From Bacteroidota bacterium (lineage in GTDB: Bacteria > Bacteroidota > Rhodothermia > Rhodothermales > Bin80): a stretch of DNA of 64,000 nucleotides. The notes below the pieces were generated by a model that saw only the letters and a list, made by a program, of their open reading frames with translations, searched no databases and was not told where the DNA came from. This document shows, piece by piece, positions 36,577 through 46,058 of this stretch (position 1 is its first letter; each line of letters starts with the position of its first letter). The position numbers were made by a program, and so were the translations under genes. Location: positions 13,821 to 77,820 of the forward strand of contig JAPPNA010000070.1 of assembly GCA_028873925.1 (NCBI GenBank). The letters run 5' to 3'.

Positions 36577-37947
36577 ATGCGTCGATGTGCTCGGATAGGT
36601 TTGGTGCTGTTGCTGTTCCAAGTGGTAGGTGTCGGATGCGACCCCAAGGCCCCTGCAGGTTCCGGTGAATCAAGAGCCACAGTCGCCGTGGTGGATGGAG
36701 CGCCGATTTATGCCAGGGATTATGTGCTGAATTTCGAATTTGGTTACCCTCACCTGTACCCCAGCGGCAACCCCAGACTGGCGTACCTGAACCGCATGAT
36801 TGACGAAAAGCTGTTGGCGCAGGAGGGTATGCGGCGAGGGCTGTTAAATCACCCGGGCATCAGGCAGTCCATCAGGGATCTGCGCGATGAACTGCTGGTC
36901 GGGCAGGTGTTCCAGCGTTATGTCAATGATAGCGTAACAGTTGCAGAGCGGGACATCATGATGGCCATGCAGGAGGAGCACACCTCGTTTCGGCTGCGAT
37001 ACCTGCCTGCGCCGACAAGATTAATCGCTTTGCGCATGCGCAAAGAAGCCCAAGAGGTGGGATTGGCGGTGGCGACGCAATCGTTTCTGTCCCGGAATGA
37101 GCGTGGCCTGACCCCGTCGGACTTTGAGAGCGGCTATGTAAGGTATCACGAACTTCCCCCCGACCTGATGGCAGCCATCATCGATTTGCCGGTAGGCGAG
37201 ATTTCAGCACCGGTCTCTTTTCGCGGTCAGTTCCTGCTGCTGGAGGTAATTGAAGTGCGCCGGGAACCGGTATCAATGTCCGGCGCAGAGCGTCAGGCTG
37301 CGGAGCAGGTTGTGTTCAACAGGCAAGCTAAGGCGCGGGCAGGCGACTTTATTGACGCAATGATGCGGCCGCTGGGTGTGCGTGTGAAGTCGGCCCCGTA
37401 CCGAATGCTAAGGGAGTTGCTCTGGCAGTTGTATCCGCGGCTGACTCCGCATCACAACCTTCTGGATGCCTTGCTGGAGGTCAACATTGCCGACTCACTC
37501 CGATTGGATGAAACCCTGATCACAACTTCCCGAGGTGACTGGACGGTCAGGGAATTTCTGGCAGGTTTCCCGGCCGCCCGATATCCCCTGCGACATGGAA
37601 CACGATCGGCATTTGAAAACGACCTGTACGATGCGATCGGTCTCACGCTTCGTGACCATTTCTTCGTAAAGCGAGCGTTGGCGGAGGGTATGGACAAAGA
37701 TTCGTTGTTGCGCCATGAGCTGGCGCTTTGGACGGATAAGTGGGTGTATCGCGCTTTGCGTAATGAGCTTGGCGATAACCGGGAATCCGTACCGGAAACG
37801 GTGCTGCGCTTGCGGGAACGTTACCCGATAATCATTCACCATTCCGTACTGGACACGCTGTCTTTGTCGCCGCCGGGCGGAGCAGGGCTGACTGTGCTCA
37901 AGGGACATACGCTGCGCCCGGCTTTTCCGGTACTTGATCCCGACTGA
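36577..37947 (+). CDS. Lipoprotein, SurA/PpiC (parvulin)-like peptidyl-prolyl isomerase family
   Basis: Lipobox 'VVGVGC'. SurA-N-like 'VAVVDGAPIYARDYV'. Parvulin-like segment 'LPVGEISAPVSFRGQFLLLEVIEV'. The family call is tentative. Confidence 0.5.
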   Translation: MRRCARIGLVLLLFQVVGVGCDPKAPAGSGESRATVAVVDGAPIYARDYVLNFEFGYPHLYPSGNPRLAYLNRMIDEKLLAQEGMRRGLLNHPGIRQSIRDLRDELLVGQVFQRYVNDSVTVAERDIMMAMQEEHTSFRLRYLPAPTRLIALRMRKEAQEVGLAVATQSFLSRNERGLTPSDFESGYVRYHELPPDLMAAIIDLPVGEISAPVSFRGQFLLLEVIEVRREPVSMSGAERQAAEQVVFNRQAKARAGDFIDAMMRPLGVRVKSAPYRMLRELLWQLYPRLTPHHNLLDALLEVNIADSLRLDETLITTSRGDWTVREFLAGFPAARYPLRHGTRSAFENDLYDAIGLTLRDHFFVKRALAEGMDKDSLLRHELALWTDKWVYRALRNELGDNRESVPETVLRLRERYPIIIHHSVLDTLSLSPPGGAGLTVLKGHTLRPAFPVLDPD

Positions 37948-37988
37948 TAGTCTGAATTGCGGGCTGGCATAAGAGTCATACGGAGCCT

Positions 37989-39578
37989 ATGCGGCGCGAA
38001 CTCTTCATTGACAGAATCCGAAGCGAAGACCGCTTGTGGGATGTGATCATCATTGGAGGGGGAGCTACCGGACTTGGGGCTGCGGTGGATGCTGCCTCAA
38101 GAGGGTTTCGGACGGTACTGCTTGAGCAGAGCGATTTTGCCGCGGGGACTTCCAGCCGCAGTACGAAGCTGATCCACGGCGGTGTCCGGTACCTGAGGCA
38201 GGGCAATCTGTCACTTGTTCGTGAGGCATTGCGCGAGCGCAGCCGGCTTTTTCGGAATGCGCCGCATCTCGTGCGAAACCTGAAATTCATGCTGCCGGCC
38301 TATTCCAGGTGGGAGAGACCGTTTTACGGCATGGGACTTAAGGCCTATGATCTTCTGGCCGGCCGGCAATCACTGGGTAAGTCACACCTGGTTTCACGGG
38401 CGTGCACGCTGAATGACCTGCCCGGCATCCGGTCCGGGGGTCTGCGCGGCAGTGTGGCCTACCACGACGGGCAGTTTGATGATGCCCGTATGGCCGTGGC
38501 GCTGGCTCGTACCGCGGTTACCTACGGAGCCGCGGTAGTCAATCATGTCCGCGTCGCGGGTCTCCTCAAAGCACACGGCAGGGTTAACGGTGTGGTCGCT
38601 CGGGACCTGGAAACCGGCACGGAAATGTGCGTTGCCGGGCATGCGGTCGTAAATGCAACAGGTGTCACTGTTGACGCGATCCGGAGAATGGACAGACCGC
38701 AAGCGCCCGCAATGGTACGTCCCAGTCAAGGGATACATGTGGTCGTAAATCGGTCAGTATACCCTTCACGGCACGCGCTGCTTATCCCCAGGACTACAGA
38801 CGGACGTGTACTCTTCGCTGTGCCCTGGCTGGGGCGGGTCCTGCTGGGGACCACCGATACTCCGGTACACGAGACTGTTTTGGAACCGTTTCCCGGTCTG
38901 GCCGAGATTGAATACCTGATAAATCATGCAGCCGGATATCTTGAGCGCCGAATTACGCCTTCAGATGTGCAGGGTGCCTATGCCGGATTGCGGCCCCTGG
39001 TCAGAAAGAGCGACGACCAGGATACGGCGGCCATTGCAAGGGATCATGTCGTCCGAATTTCCAAGTCGGGTCTGATCACCGTTGCCGGTGGGAAATGGAC
39101 CACTTACCGCAGGATGGCAGAGGCCGCCATCAATACGGCGACCCAAGTGGGCGGGCTTGAGGTCCGCCCGTGCATCACCAGGAATCTGCCGCTGCACGGA
39201 TGGCAGCCCCCCGCTGATGAGGGGAAGACTTTGCATCGGTACGGCTCGGACCGATCTCAAGTGGAGGCAGTGATCGGTGACGTTAACAACGGGGAGGTCC
39301 GCCTTCACCCTGACCTGCCGTATCTCAGAGGCGAGGTTCACTGGGCGGTCCGGCATGAAATGGCCCGCACAGTCAGTGATGTGCTGGTGCGCCGTATACC
39401 CCTTCTGATCCTGCACCATAAAGCGGCCCTTGCGTGCACCCCGGTCGTTGCACGGATCCTGGCGAAGGAATTGGGGCGCGACGAAGCCTGGATAGAAGCC
39501 CAGATTGAAGCCATGGATCGACTGGCGGCAGCCTGTCTGCCCGCACCCTACGGCGCACAGCCAGGAACGGATAGCTGA
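37989..39578 (+). CDS. glpD: FAD-dependent glycerol-3-phosphate dehydrogenase/oxidase
   Basis: 'WDVIIIGGGATGLGAAVDAASRGFRTVLLEQSDFAAGTSSRSTKLIHGGVRYL' is the canonical GlpD N-terminus, and the 529-aa length fits. Confidence 0.9.
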   Translation: MRRELFIDRIRSEDRLWDVIIIGGGATGLGAAVDAASRGFRTVLLEQSDFAAGTSSRSTKLIHGGVRYLRQGNLSLVREALRERSRLFRNAPHLVRNLKFMLPAYSRWERPFYGMGLKAYDLLAGRQSLGKSHLVSRACTLNDLPGIRSGGLRGSVAYHDGQFDDARMAVALARTAVTYGAAVVNHVRVAGLLKAHGRVNGVVARDLETGTEMCVAGHAVVNATGVTVDAIRRMDRPQAPAMVRPSQGIHVVVNRSVYPSRHALLIPRTTDGRVLFAVPWLGRVLLGTTDTPVHETVLEPFPGLAEIEYLINHAAGYLERRITPSDVQGAYAGLRPLVRKSDDQDTAAIARDHVVRISKSGLITVAGGKWTTYRRMAEAAINTATQVGGLEVRPCITRNLPLHGWQPPADEGKTLHRYGSDRSQVEAVIGDVNNGEVRLHPDLPYLRGEVHWAVRHEMARTVSDVLVRRIPLLILHHKAALACTPVVARILAKELGRDEAWIEAQIEAMDRLAAACLPAPYGAQPGTDS

Positions 39579-39877
39579 CAAAATCCAGAGTCAGTCACGG
39601 CGGACCGCTATCGCCAGCATGTAGCGGGTGCGACAGATTCGACCTATCTTTACCCAATGGCAGGTGCCTCAGAAACGGATCTGCTTCCGCTGTAGTTCAC
39701 CTCTCAGTGCGCCCGGATGAAACGCGCGGTCCGTGCGCTGCCTTCAGATGCGATTGAAAGTCGCCCTGGTAAGTGCGGGTGAAGGTCAAGTAGGTATCGT
39801 CAGGGCAGGAACTGGCGGATCCAGGTGATGAGACAGGAAAGGCTATTCAGTTGAATCCGCTCATTGCGGCCTGAAGG

Positions 39878-40810
39878 GTGCTGAATCCATTCGGCGCGGT
39901 GCGGCGTTGGTATTGTACATGGAATCTGATCGCGATGGTAATTCTGTTTATGCTCTTGATGGCGGTCCAGGTGGCTGCGGGTCAGCCACACCCGCACTTT
40001 GATATTCAGGGGCATCGCGGTGCCCGGGGACTGCTGCCGGAGAACGCCATGGCGGGTTTCCTGCGAGCCGTAGATGTGGGAGTAACGACGCTTGAGATCG
40101 ATGTTGTGGTCTCGGCAGATTCGGTGGTCGTGGTTTCGCATGAGCCCTGGATGTCTGCGACCATCTGCAGCGATCCGGAGGGGCAGGCTATCATTCAAGG
40201 CAGGGATCACAACATTTTCGAAATGGAGTACGAATCCGTGGTCCGTTACGATTGCGGCAGCCGAGGGCATCCCGGGTTCCCGCATCAGGAAAAGCAGCCC
40301 GCGGTAAAACCGCGACTGTCCGAGGTCATCATCCTTGTGGAGGAACATGTTGCCGGCCGGGGCACAGCACGGATGCGGTACAACATTGAACTGAAGTCCC
40401 GCGTGGAATGGGACGGCACATATACGCCGCCGCCGGCTAAATTTGTACGTCTGGTATATGAGGTCGTGGTCGCAGCGGACATTATGAATCGCGTCACAAT
40501 CCAGTCATTTGATGTTCGGACGCTTCAGGCTGCCCGTCGCCTCGGGGCTGCGTGGAGGCTTGCGGTTCTGGAAGGATCGGATCGGGATATGGCTTCTGTG
40601 ATTGATCGGCTCGGCTTCACCCCCCACATCTATTCGCCCAATTATAGGCTGGTTGATGCGTCCGTTGTGGAAGCTGTCCACGCACGCGGCATGCTGATTA
40701 TTCCATGGACTGTCAATGAGGTCGAGGAAATGAAGCGCCTTGTGGACATGGGAGTGGATGGCCTCATCACCGATTACCCGGACCGTGCGTTGGCGCTGGA
40801 CGCTCCGTGA
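39878..40810 (+). CDS. glpQ: Glycerophosphodiester phosphodiesterase
   Basis: GDPD motifs 'FDIQGHRGARGLLPENAMAGF' and 'LEIDVVVSADSVVVVSHEP', plus the C-terminal 'GVDGLITDYPD'. Start is GTG 39878 or ATG 39935 (signal peptide 'MVILFMLLMAVQVAAG'). Confidence 0.85.
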   Translation: MLNPFGAVRRWYCTWNLIAMVILFMLLMAVQVAAGQPHPHFDIQGHRGARGLLPENAMAGFLRAVDVGVTTLEIDVVVSADSVVVVSHEPWMSATICSDPEGQAIIQGRDHNIFEMEYESVVRYDCGSRGHPGFPHQEKQPAVKPRLSEVIILVEEHVAGRGTARMRYNIELKSRVEWDGTYTPPPAKFVRLVYEVVVAADIMNRVTIQSFDVRTLQAARRLGAAWRLAVLEGSDRDMASVIDRLGFTPHIYSPNYRLVDASVVEAVHARGMLIIPWTVNEVEEMKRLVDMGVDGLITDYPDRALALDAP

Positions 40811-41164
40811 CTCGTTGGCATATGCGGCCTCCAGGTGCCATTCGTCGGTGCAATGTGGCCAGTTCGGGATGTGGGTGTCATGCAGGGCCCGTCAGTGCTG
40901 TTGCGTAAGCGGGCGGTACCCACATCCTGACGGGAGTATGATGCAAAGCCTCCTACATTCCTGGCCGAATGGCCTCCAGTTCTCTGTTCTGCTCACTTGG
41001 GATCTTGCTCCGCAGGCGAGGAGCCATCTGACTTATGATTTCAGGAGATCAACATCCTGTCGCCGATACCTGCTCTGAGATGGTCAGCTATCCGCACCTG
41101 GCGACTATCCGGTATTGCAGCGGCCGTTGGTGACATCGTTCCCGATTCGTGCATGAGATTCCCA

Positions 41165-44095
41165 TTATGGGTTTGGGCTAATTCCGGTAACTGTGGGTTC
41201 CTGGCAGAATATGCCGCGCAGCAATTCGATGCCTTCCAGTACGTGTTCCGGCAGACCGAGCAAATCAATATATACCGCATGGTCAAGGGCATGTCTGACC
41301 TCGTCCTGGTCCAAATACTGGATTTCACGAAGCTCTTTAGCAGCGAACTGATCAATCAGGTCCGATGCCATCTGCAGCTGTGTGGAGTCCAGACGTTGCG
41401 TGTCAATTGTCGGCAGCGACGGAATTGTGCTCACACTATGCCTGGCCCGGCCAGACTGTTGCTTGCTGCCATAATACCAATGTGCAATGCAACCTAATGT
41501 GCTGTTGCTCCATAGAACGAAGGCAGCCTCTTTCTCCCTGCTGCCCATGCATACATTGGGCATGGCAGTACCCCCAATGGAGCATTCTTTGGTGAACGCT
41601 GCTGTAAGGCATTGGCTCGTTAACCGAGTATTCCTATTGGTGTGCGCGTAACTTGCCACACGCCAGACTGCGTCCGCCTTTTTTTCCCTTCCGTCAATCA
41701 GTTTACCCTCACTGTCCGGACTTACGACCAACGATTTTTGAGTATGCTTATCGTTGGCCCACAGCATCGGCCACTCCGGGTTCCTGCTAAGCGGAACCCG
41801 CTCAAATGGTGCGCTTTTTCCGTTTGCGATGTTGATATCGTTCAGGCTTATCGTGGCTTGGGTTTCAATTCGGGCAATGGGAACTTCAGCACGGATATTC
41901 CTGGGAAGTCGCAGCGCTCCCGAGCTTAGCTGATGCGCTACCTGAGCTAGGCGCAGGTTACGAATACCAACCGCACACCATCCGGTATCTCCCTCCAGAT
42001 CCCCACGAATTATTGACCCTACCAGGTCTCCACCCACGGCTATCCTCCTGCCGCCTGTAAGCGATCCCGTCAGTGCTGGCACATCATCTGCTATCTCAAC
42101 AACGCTCCTGGCGACTTCATAGGCGCTTATTGTACTGAGGAGCTTCTGGTGCAGGTTCACATAGGTGATGGAGCGGTCAGACGACCCAGATCGAGCCAGC
42201 AGTAAAATCTCGCCCATCCTTGTGTCGGCACTCAGGGCCCGAGCCCCCTTGCCATCGGGTGCATCTGCTATGGAGACGACCATGACTTCACCGAATTTCC
42301 CGCAAACCTCTCGCCGCAGGTTACTCCAGGCATCGCCGACAGCACAAGTCATCGGGAGGACAAAGGCAACTTTTCCGCCCTTCTTCACCATTTGTGCCGC
42401 CACATCAAAGAACGCGGTCCCCAGCCCGGCCTTTCCGTGAAAAGCTCCCTTACCCGTAAACAGCTTGGATTGCCGCTGCCCCATCAACTTCTGTTCCCGC
42501 TGCCTGGTACTTAGGCCCCGGTAGGGTTTAACGTGCTCTCCCTCATAATCCCAATCCGAACCTGCCCTTGTATAGGGTGGATTCATGATGACCACATCCT
42601 GCGAGAAGGCAGGTGCCGCGATAAACATCGCCTCGCTCCGCTCACCCTGGCCCCCAATGATCAGGCTCGGCGGCCGTACCGGGAATAAGGACTCAATCCG
42701 CGCTCGTTCACTGGTTGTGTCGGACAACTCCAGTGAACCCAACCTTACATCATCAATGTGCTTGGCTTCCGTAACTCCGGGAAGCCGACCATAAGCAGGA
42801 ATGATCACCCTGGTGCTGCGGTAAGGCATCGACGGATACACACTAGACAACATTGATGCCGTCAGATGGGCAGCCGAGGGCACGATGTCAGCAGCAGTTA
42901 GACCGTGCTCCATCATGTGCTGGTGGTCATCTTTCGGATTTCCTCCGGCCAGGACCTGCAAGAAAGACAGTCTCTGGTATGCCGCGTGGATCAGCGTTCC
43001 GGTCCCGCAGGCAAAGTCGGCTATCTTGAACCGGCGGTACCGGTTGGCATCACTCCAACGAGGTATGGCTAAGTGAGCCAGAAAAGCAGCCGTTTCCGGA
43101 CGCGTATAGAAGGTGGCCAGAAACTTCCGGTCGGCCATGAACCGCTGATACACCACGCCAGATAGATCCTCGGAATTGACCACACCAAGTTGGATCAGTT
43201 GTACCGCCGTACTTGCGATAATTTGAACCAGTCTAAGTGCTGCCGATGGGCTGTTGATCTCAGCCAGCACTCTCTTGGCCAATTCGAAAATGGGCCAGTA
43301 ATTGATATCCAAAATGCGTTCCCACTCAAGCAGCACCCCCGCCTGCGTCAGATCCCCTGCGGCCTTCATCTGATCAAGGTTGCGCACATCAAGAGTTTCG
43401 GCGAGCCGCTGCTGAAAAACGGCTGCATTAACCATTACCGTAGCGGCAATCCCCATGGCCTGGCTTAGCGTCTTTCCATCTTTACCGCCTATCTTCTGCC
43501 GGAGCACCTTGGAGAGTCTGCGTAGCGTGGCCTCATTCCGGCCAATCGACGACTCAAGCACATGAATCGCACCATCAATCTGAATTTGCAAGGTCTGAAT
43601 TGACCGTTCCAGCGCATCAACGGGCCTGCTGGCATGCAGCACAAACCAGATCAAATCATCAAGTTTGCCTGAAATGAACCCTCTGTCCGGGTAGCGCAGC
43701 TGCGGTTTGTGCACATTCGTCCCCGGCTGATAGAGAGCATATTGAAACCTGTACAAGCTCAGCTGCCCTAAGGCTTCATCCTCATCGTGGCAGCACTTGA
43801 AGACCGGATCACTCAAGAGGGCCACAACCGACTGAACGGGCTGGCCATTGGCCAGAGTGAATCCAAGCCGATCAAAAGCTTCCTGTTCAACTCTCAGCCT
43901 TGAGCCGGGGAGATCATACTCATTCTCCAGGATTACCGGGACACGCCCGGAGGAGGTTACCAATATGTCAGGCTTCTTGCGTGGATCCTCCGGAAAGACT
44001 CCCAGCCGCTCCGCAGTCACGTCCCAGCTCTTCACTTTTGACCGAATAGCCTTAGCAATTGTGCGGTTTAAGCTGGACTCCGTAAAGGTGGCCAT
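41165..44095 (-). CDS. 976-aa fusion: N-terminal restriction-endonuclease-like domain, helical spacer, gamma-class N6-adenine DNA methyltransferase, TRD-like C-terminus (Type IIG/IIL-like RM enzyme or orphan MTase)
   Basis: Motif X-like 'FYTRPETAAFLAHL', motif I 'FKIADFACGTGTLIHAA', motif IV 'VVIMNPPYTRAG'. N-terminus 'KKPDILVTSSGRVPVILENEYD' is a PD...E.E variant of PD-(D/E)xK. C-terminus 'FVLWSNSTLGCIAHWYYG...STIPSLPTID' resembles TaqI_C/HsdS-type TRD ends. G+C is visibly lower than in the neighbouring genes. Confidence 0.75.
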   Translation of the reverse strand: MATFTESSLNRTIAKAIRSKVKSWDVTAERLGVFPEDPRKKPDILVTSSGRVPVILENEYDLPGSRLRVEQEAFDRLGFTLANGQPVQSVVALLSDPVFKCCHDEDEALGQLSLYRFQYALYQPGTNVHKPQLRYPDRGFISGKLDDLIWFVLHASRPVDALERSIQTLQIQIDGAIHVLESSIGRNEATLRRLSKVLRQKIGGKDGKTLSQAMGIAATVMVNAAVFQQRLAETLDVRNLDQMKAAGDLTQAGVLLEWERILDINYWPIFELAKRVLAEINSPSAALRLVQIIASTAVQLIQLGVVNSEDLSGVVYQRFMADRKFLATFYTRPETAAFLAHLAIPRWSDANRYRRFKIADFACGTGTLIHAAYQRLSFLQVLAGGNPKDDHQHMMEHGLTAADIVPSAAHLTASMLSSVYPSMPYRSTRVIIPAYGRLPGVTEAKHIDDVRLGSLELSDTTSERARIESLFPVRPPSLIIGGQGERSEAMFIAAPAFSQDVVIMNPPYTRAGSDWDYEGEHVKPYRGLSTRQREQKLMGQRQSKLFTGKGAFHGKAGLGTAFFDVAAQMVKKGGKVAFVLPMTCAVGDAWSNLRREVCGKFGEVMVVSIADAPDGKGARALSADTRMGEILLLARSGSSDRSITYVNLHQKLLSTISAYEVARSVVEIADDVPALTGSLTGGRRIAVGGDLVGSIIRGDLEGDTGWCAVGIRNLRLAQVAHQLSSGALRLPRNIRAEVPIARIETQATISLNDINIANGKSAPFERVPLSRNPEWPMLWANDKHTQKSLVVSPDSEGKLIDGREKKADAVWRVASYAHTNRNTRLTSQCLTAAFTKECSIGGTAMPNVCMGSREKEAAFVLWSNSTLGCIAHWYYGSKQQSGRARHSVSTIPSLPTIDTQRLDSTQLQMASDLIDQFAAKELREIQYLDQDEVRHALDHAVYIDLLGLPEHVLEGIELLRGIFCQEPTVTGISPNP

Positions 44096-44278
44096 GGCTG
44101 AATGTGATAGTCAGAATCTCAATCTGTGCGACATTGCTGTGAATCTCCAATTTATGCCATTCAAAGTGATTCAAGGGTAGGCCGGAATCCTCTTGAACTG
44201 CGGGGTTCCGGGAGAAAGCCGATTGATTCAACCCTTTATCAAGGCGGGCAGCGCCCCCTCCTGTCGCTACCGGCTGTC

Positions 44279-45580
44279 TCAGGGGCCAACGCTAAACACC
44301 ATCGGCAGCCAGAGGCTCAGCTGCGGCACATATGTGACTACCATCAGCGAGATCACCATCGCCAGAAACAGCGGCAGCAGAGGTCGGGTCACTTTCGCAA
44401 TCGTCGTTTCAGCGACACCCACACCAACAAACAGCACGCTGCCCACCGGCGGCGTGCAGAGCCCGATGCACAGGTTGAGCACCATGATGATGCCGAAGTG
44501 AATGGGGTCCATGCCCATGGCCGTGGCTATGGGCAGGAAGATCGGAGTAAAGATGAGTACGGCCGGTGTGATGTCCATAAACACCCCCACACAAAGCAGG
44601 ATCACGTTAATCAGCAGCAGAATCACGATCCGGCTTTCTGTTACGCTCACCAGGAATTCGGTAAGATTCTGCGGGATATTGACGTAGGCCATGATCCAGG
44701 CCATACCGACGGAAGTCCCTACCAACAACAACACTACGGCCGTAGTCGTGCTGGCTTCCACCAGGATTCCGGGCAGGTCCCGCCACGTAATCTCCCGGTA
44801 AACCAAGGCTAGAATCAGCGCGTACAGCACCGCTACAGCCGCCGCCTCGGTAGCGGTGAAGAAGCCGGCCACGATGCCGCCCATGACGACGATCAGCAGT
44901 GTCAGGCTGGGCAGCGCGTCCAGAAACCGCCACAGAATATTGAGGCCCAGCGGCACCCGCACACCCCGATAATTGCGTCTGACCGCAATAACCCCCGCGA
45001 CCACCATCAGGGTAAGCCCCACCAGAATCCCCGGCAGATATCCGGCTAGGAACAAGGCGGCGATGGAGACACCTCCACTGGCCAGTGAGTAGACAATCAG
45101 TATGTTGCTGGGCGGGATCAGCAGGCCGGTCGTGGCAGCCGTAATGTTGACTGCAGCCGCATAATTGCGGTCATACCCGTCTTTTTCCATCTGCGGGGCC
45201 ATGATCCCGCCTACGGCCGAAGCTGCGGCCACCGCTGACCCGGAAATCGCCCCGAACAGCATCGATGCCAGCACATTGACATGGGCCAGACCGCCGGGCA
45301 GCAGCCCCAATAAAGATCGTGCAAACTGGATCAGTCGCCGAGCCATACCGCCGCGGTTCATGATGTGTCCGGCCAGTATAAAGAACGGGATCGCCAGCAG
45401 AGCGAAGCTGTCCAGGCCGGTGGCGATGCGCTGAGCTTCGGTTGCGAGGGCTGGCAGAGGCCCCATACTGACCAGCATGGTTGCGAGCGAGGCGAGACCG
45501 ATGCTGTATGCGATCGGCACACCCAACAGCAGCAGGCCGGCGAAGGTGCAAACCAGCACGAGTATTTCCACTAATTCCAT
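44279..45580 (-). CDS. dctM: TRAP transporter large permease
   Basis: 433 aa and polytopic. 'LLLLGVPIAYSIGLASLATML' and 'FFILAGHIMNRGGMARRLI' are typical DctM motifs. Confidence 0.9.
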   Translation of the reverse strand: MELVEILVLVCTFAGLLLLGVPIAYSIGLASLATMLVSMGPLPALATEAQRIATGLDSFALLAIPFFILAGHIMNRGGMARRLIQFARSLLGLLPGGLAHVNVLASMLFGAISGSAVAAASAVGGIMAPQMEKDGYDRNYAAAVNITAATTGLLIPPSNILIVYSLASGGVSIAALFLAGYLPGILVGLTLMVVAGVIAVRRNYRGVRVPLGLNILWRFLDALPSLTLLIVVMGGIVAGFFTATEAAAVAVLYALILALVYREITWRDLPGILVEASTTTAVVLLLVGTSVGMAWIMAYVNIPQNLTEFLVSVTESRIVILLLINVILLCVGVFMDITPAVLIFTPIFLPIATAMGMDPIHFGIIMVLNLCIGLCTPPVGSVLFVGVGVAETTIAKVTRPLLPLFLAMVISLMVVTYVPQLSLWLPMVFSVGP

Positions 45581-46056
45581 CAGGCGGCTCGTCGCATGTC
45601 GTCGATCAGATCAAGGGTGGCATAAAACGCAATCAGCAGCCCGCTCAGCGGCAGGGCCAAATAGACGTAGCCGAGCGGCACCTGCAGACTCGCGGAAGTC
45701 TGTCCCAACTTGAGCATCACCCAGACCAGTCTCGTACCCCCGCCAAAGAGTGCCGACACCGCAAACAGGATCGCGCAGACCCCGACCGCGATGCGCAGCA
45801 GTCGGGCCCGCCGGCCGGACAATCTGCTGGCGAGAAGGTCTACGGCCAGATGCTTGTGCCGCCCTGCCGCGTAGGCAGCCCCGATGAGGCCGACCCATAT
45901 CATCAGGTAGCGGGCGAGCTCTTCAGTCCAGGAGCTGGGATCGCGCAGCACAAAACGCGTAAAGACCTGCCAAAGGACAGTGAGCACCAGCGTGCCCATC
46001 AGCACTGCCACCGCCCTGGCGAGTACGGAATCCACGATACCGCGCGCATGCACCAT
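45580..46056 (-). CDS. dctQ: TRAP transporter small permease
   Basis: 158 aa with 4 TM segments. 'VFTRFVLRDPSSWTEELARYLMIWVGLIGAAYA' is the DctQ signature region. It overlaps the dctM start. Confidence 0.8.
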   Translation of the reverse strand: MVHARGIVDSVLARAVAVLMGTLVLTVLWQVFTRFVLRDPSSWTEELARYLMIWVGLIGAAYAAGRHKHLAVDLLASRLSGRRARLLRIAVGVCAILFAVSALFGGGTRLVWVMLKLGQTSASLQVPLGYVYLALPLSGLLIAFYATLDLIDDMRRAA

Positions 46057-46058
46057 TC

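Noticed and set aside
40740-41355. Small ORFs (112 aa on the plus strand, 104 aa on the minus strand) lie in the spacer next to the MTase gene and could be partner genes, such as a controller protein or a small nuclease.
   Set aside because: One begins inside glpQ and the other inside the MTase gene, both in other frames. Neither has a helix-turn-helix or nuclease motif, and neither has a ribosome-binding context.
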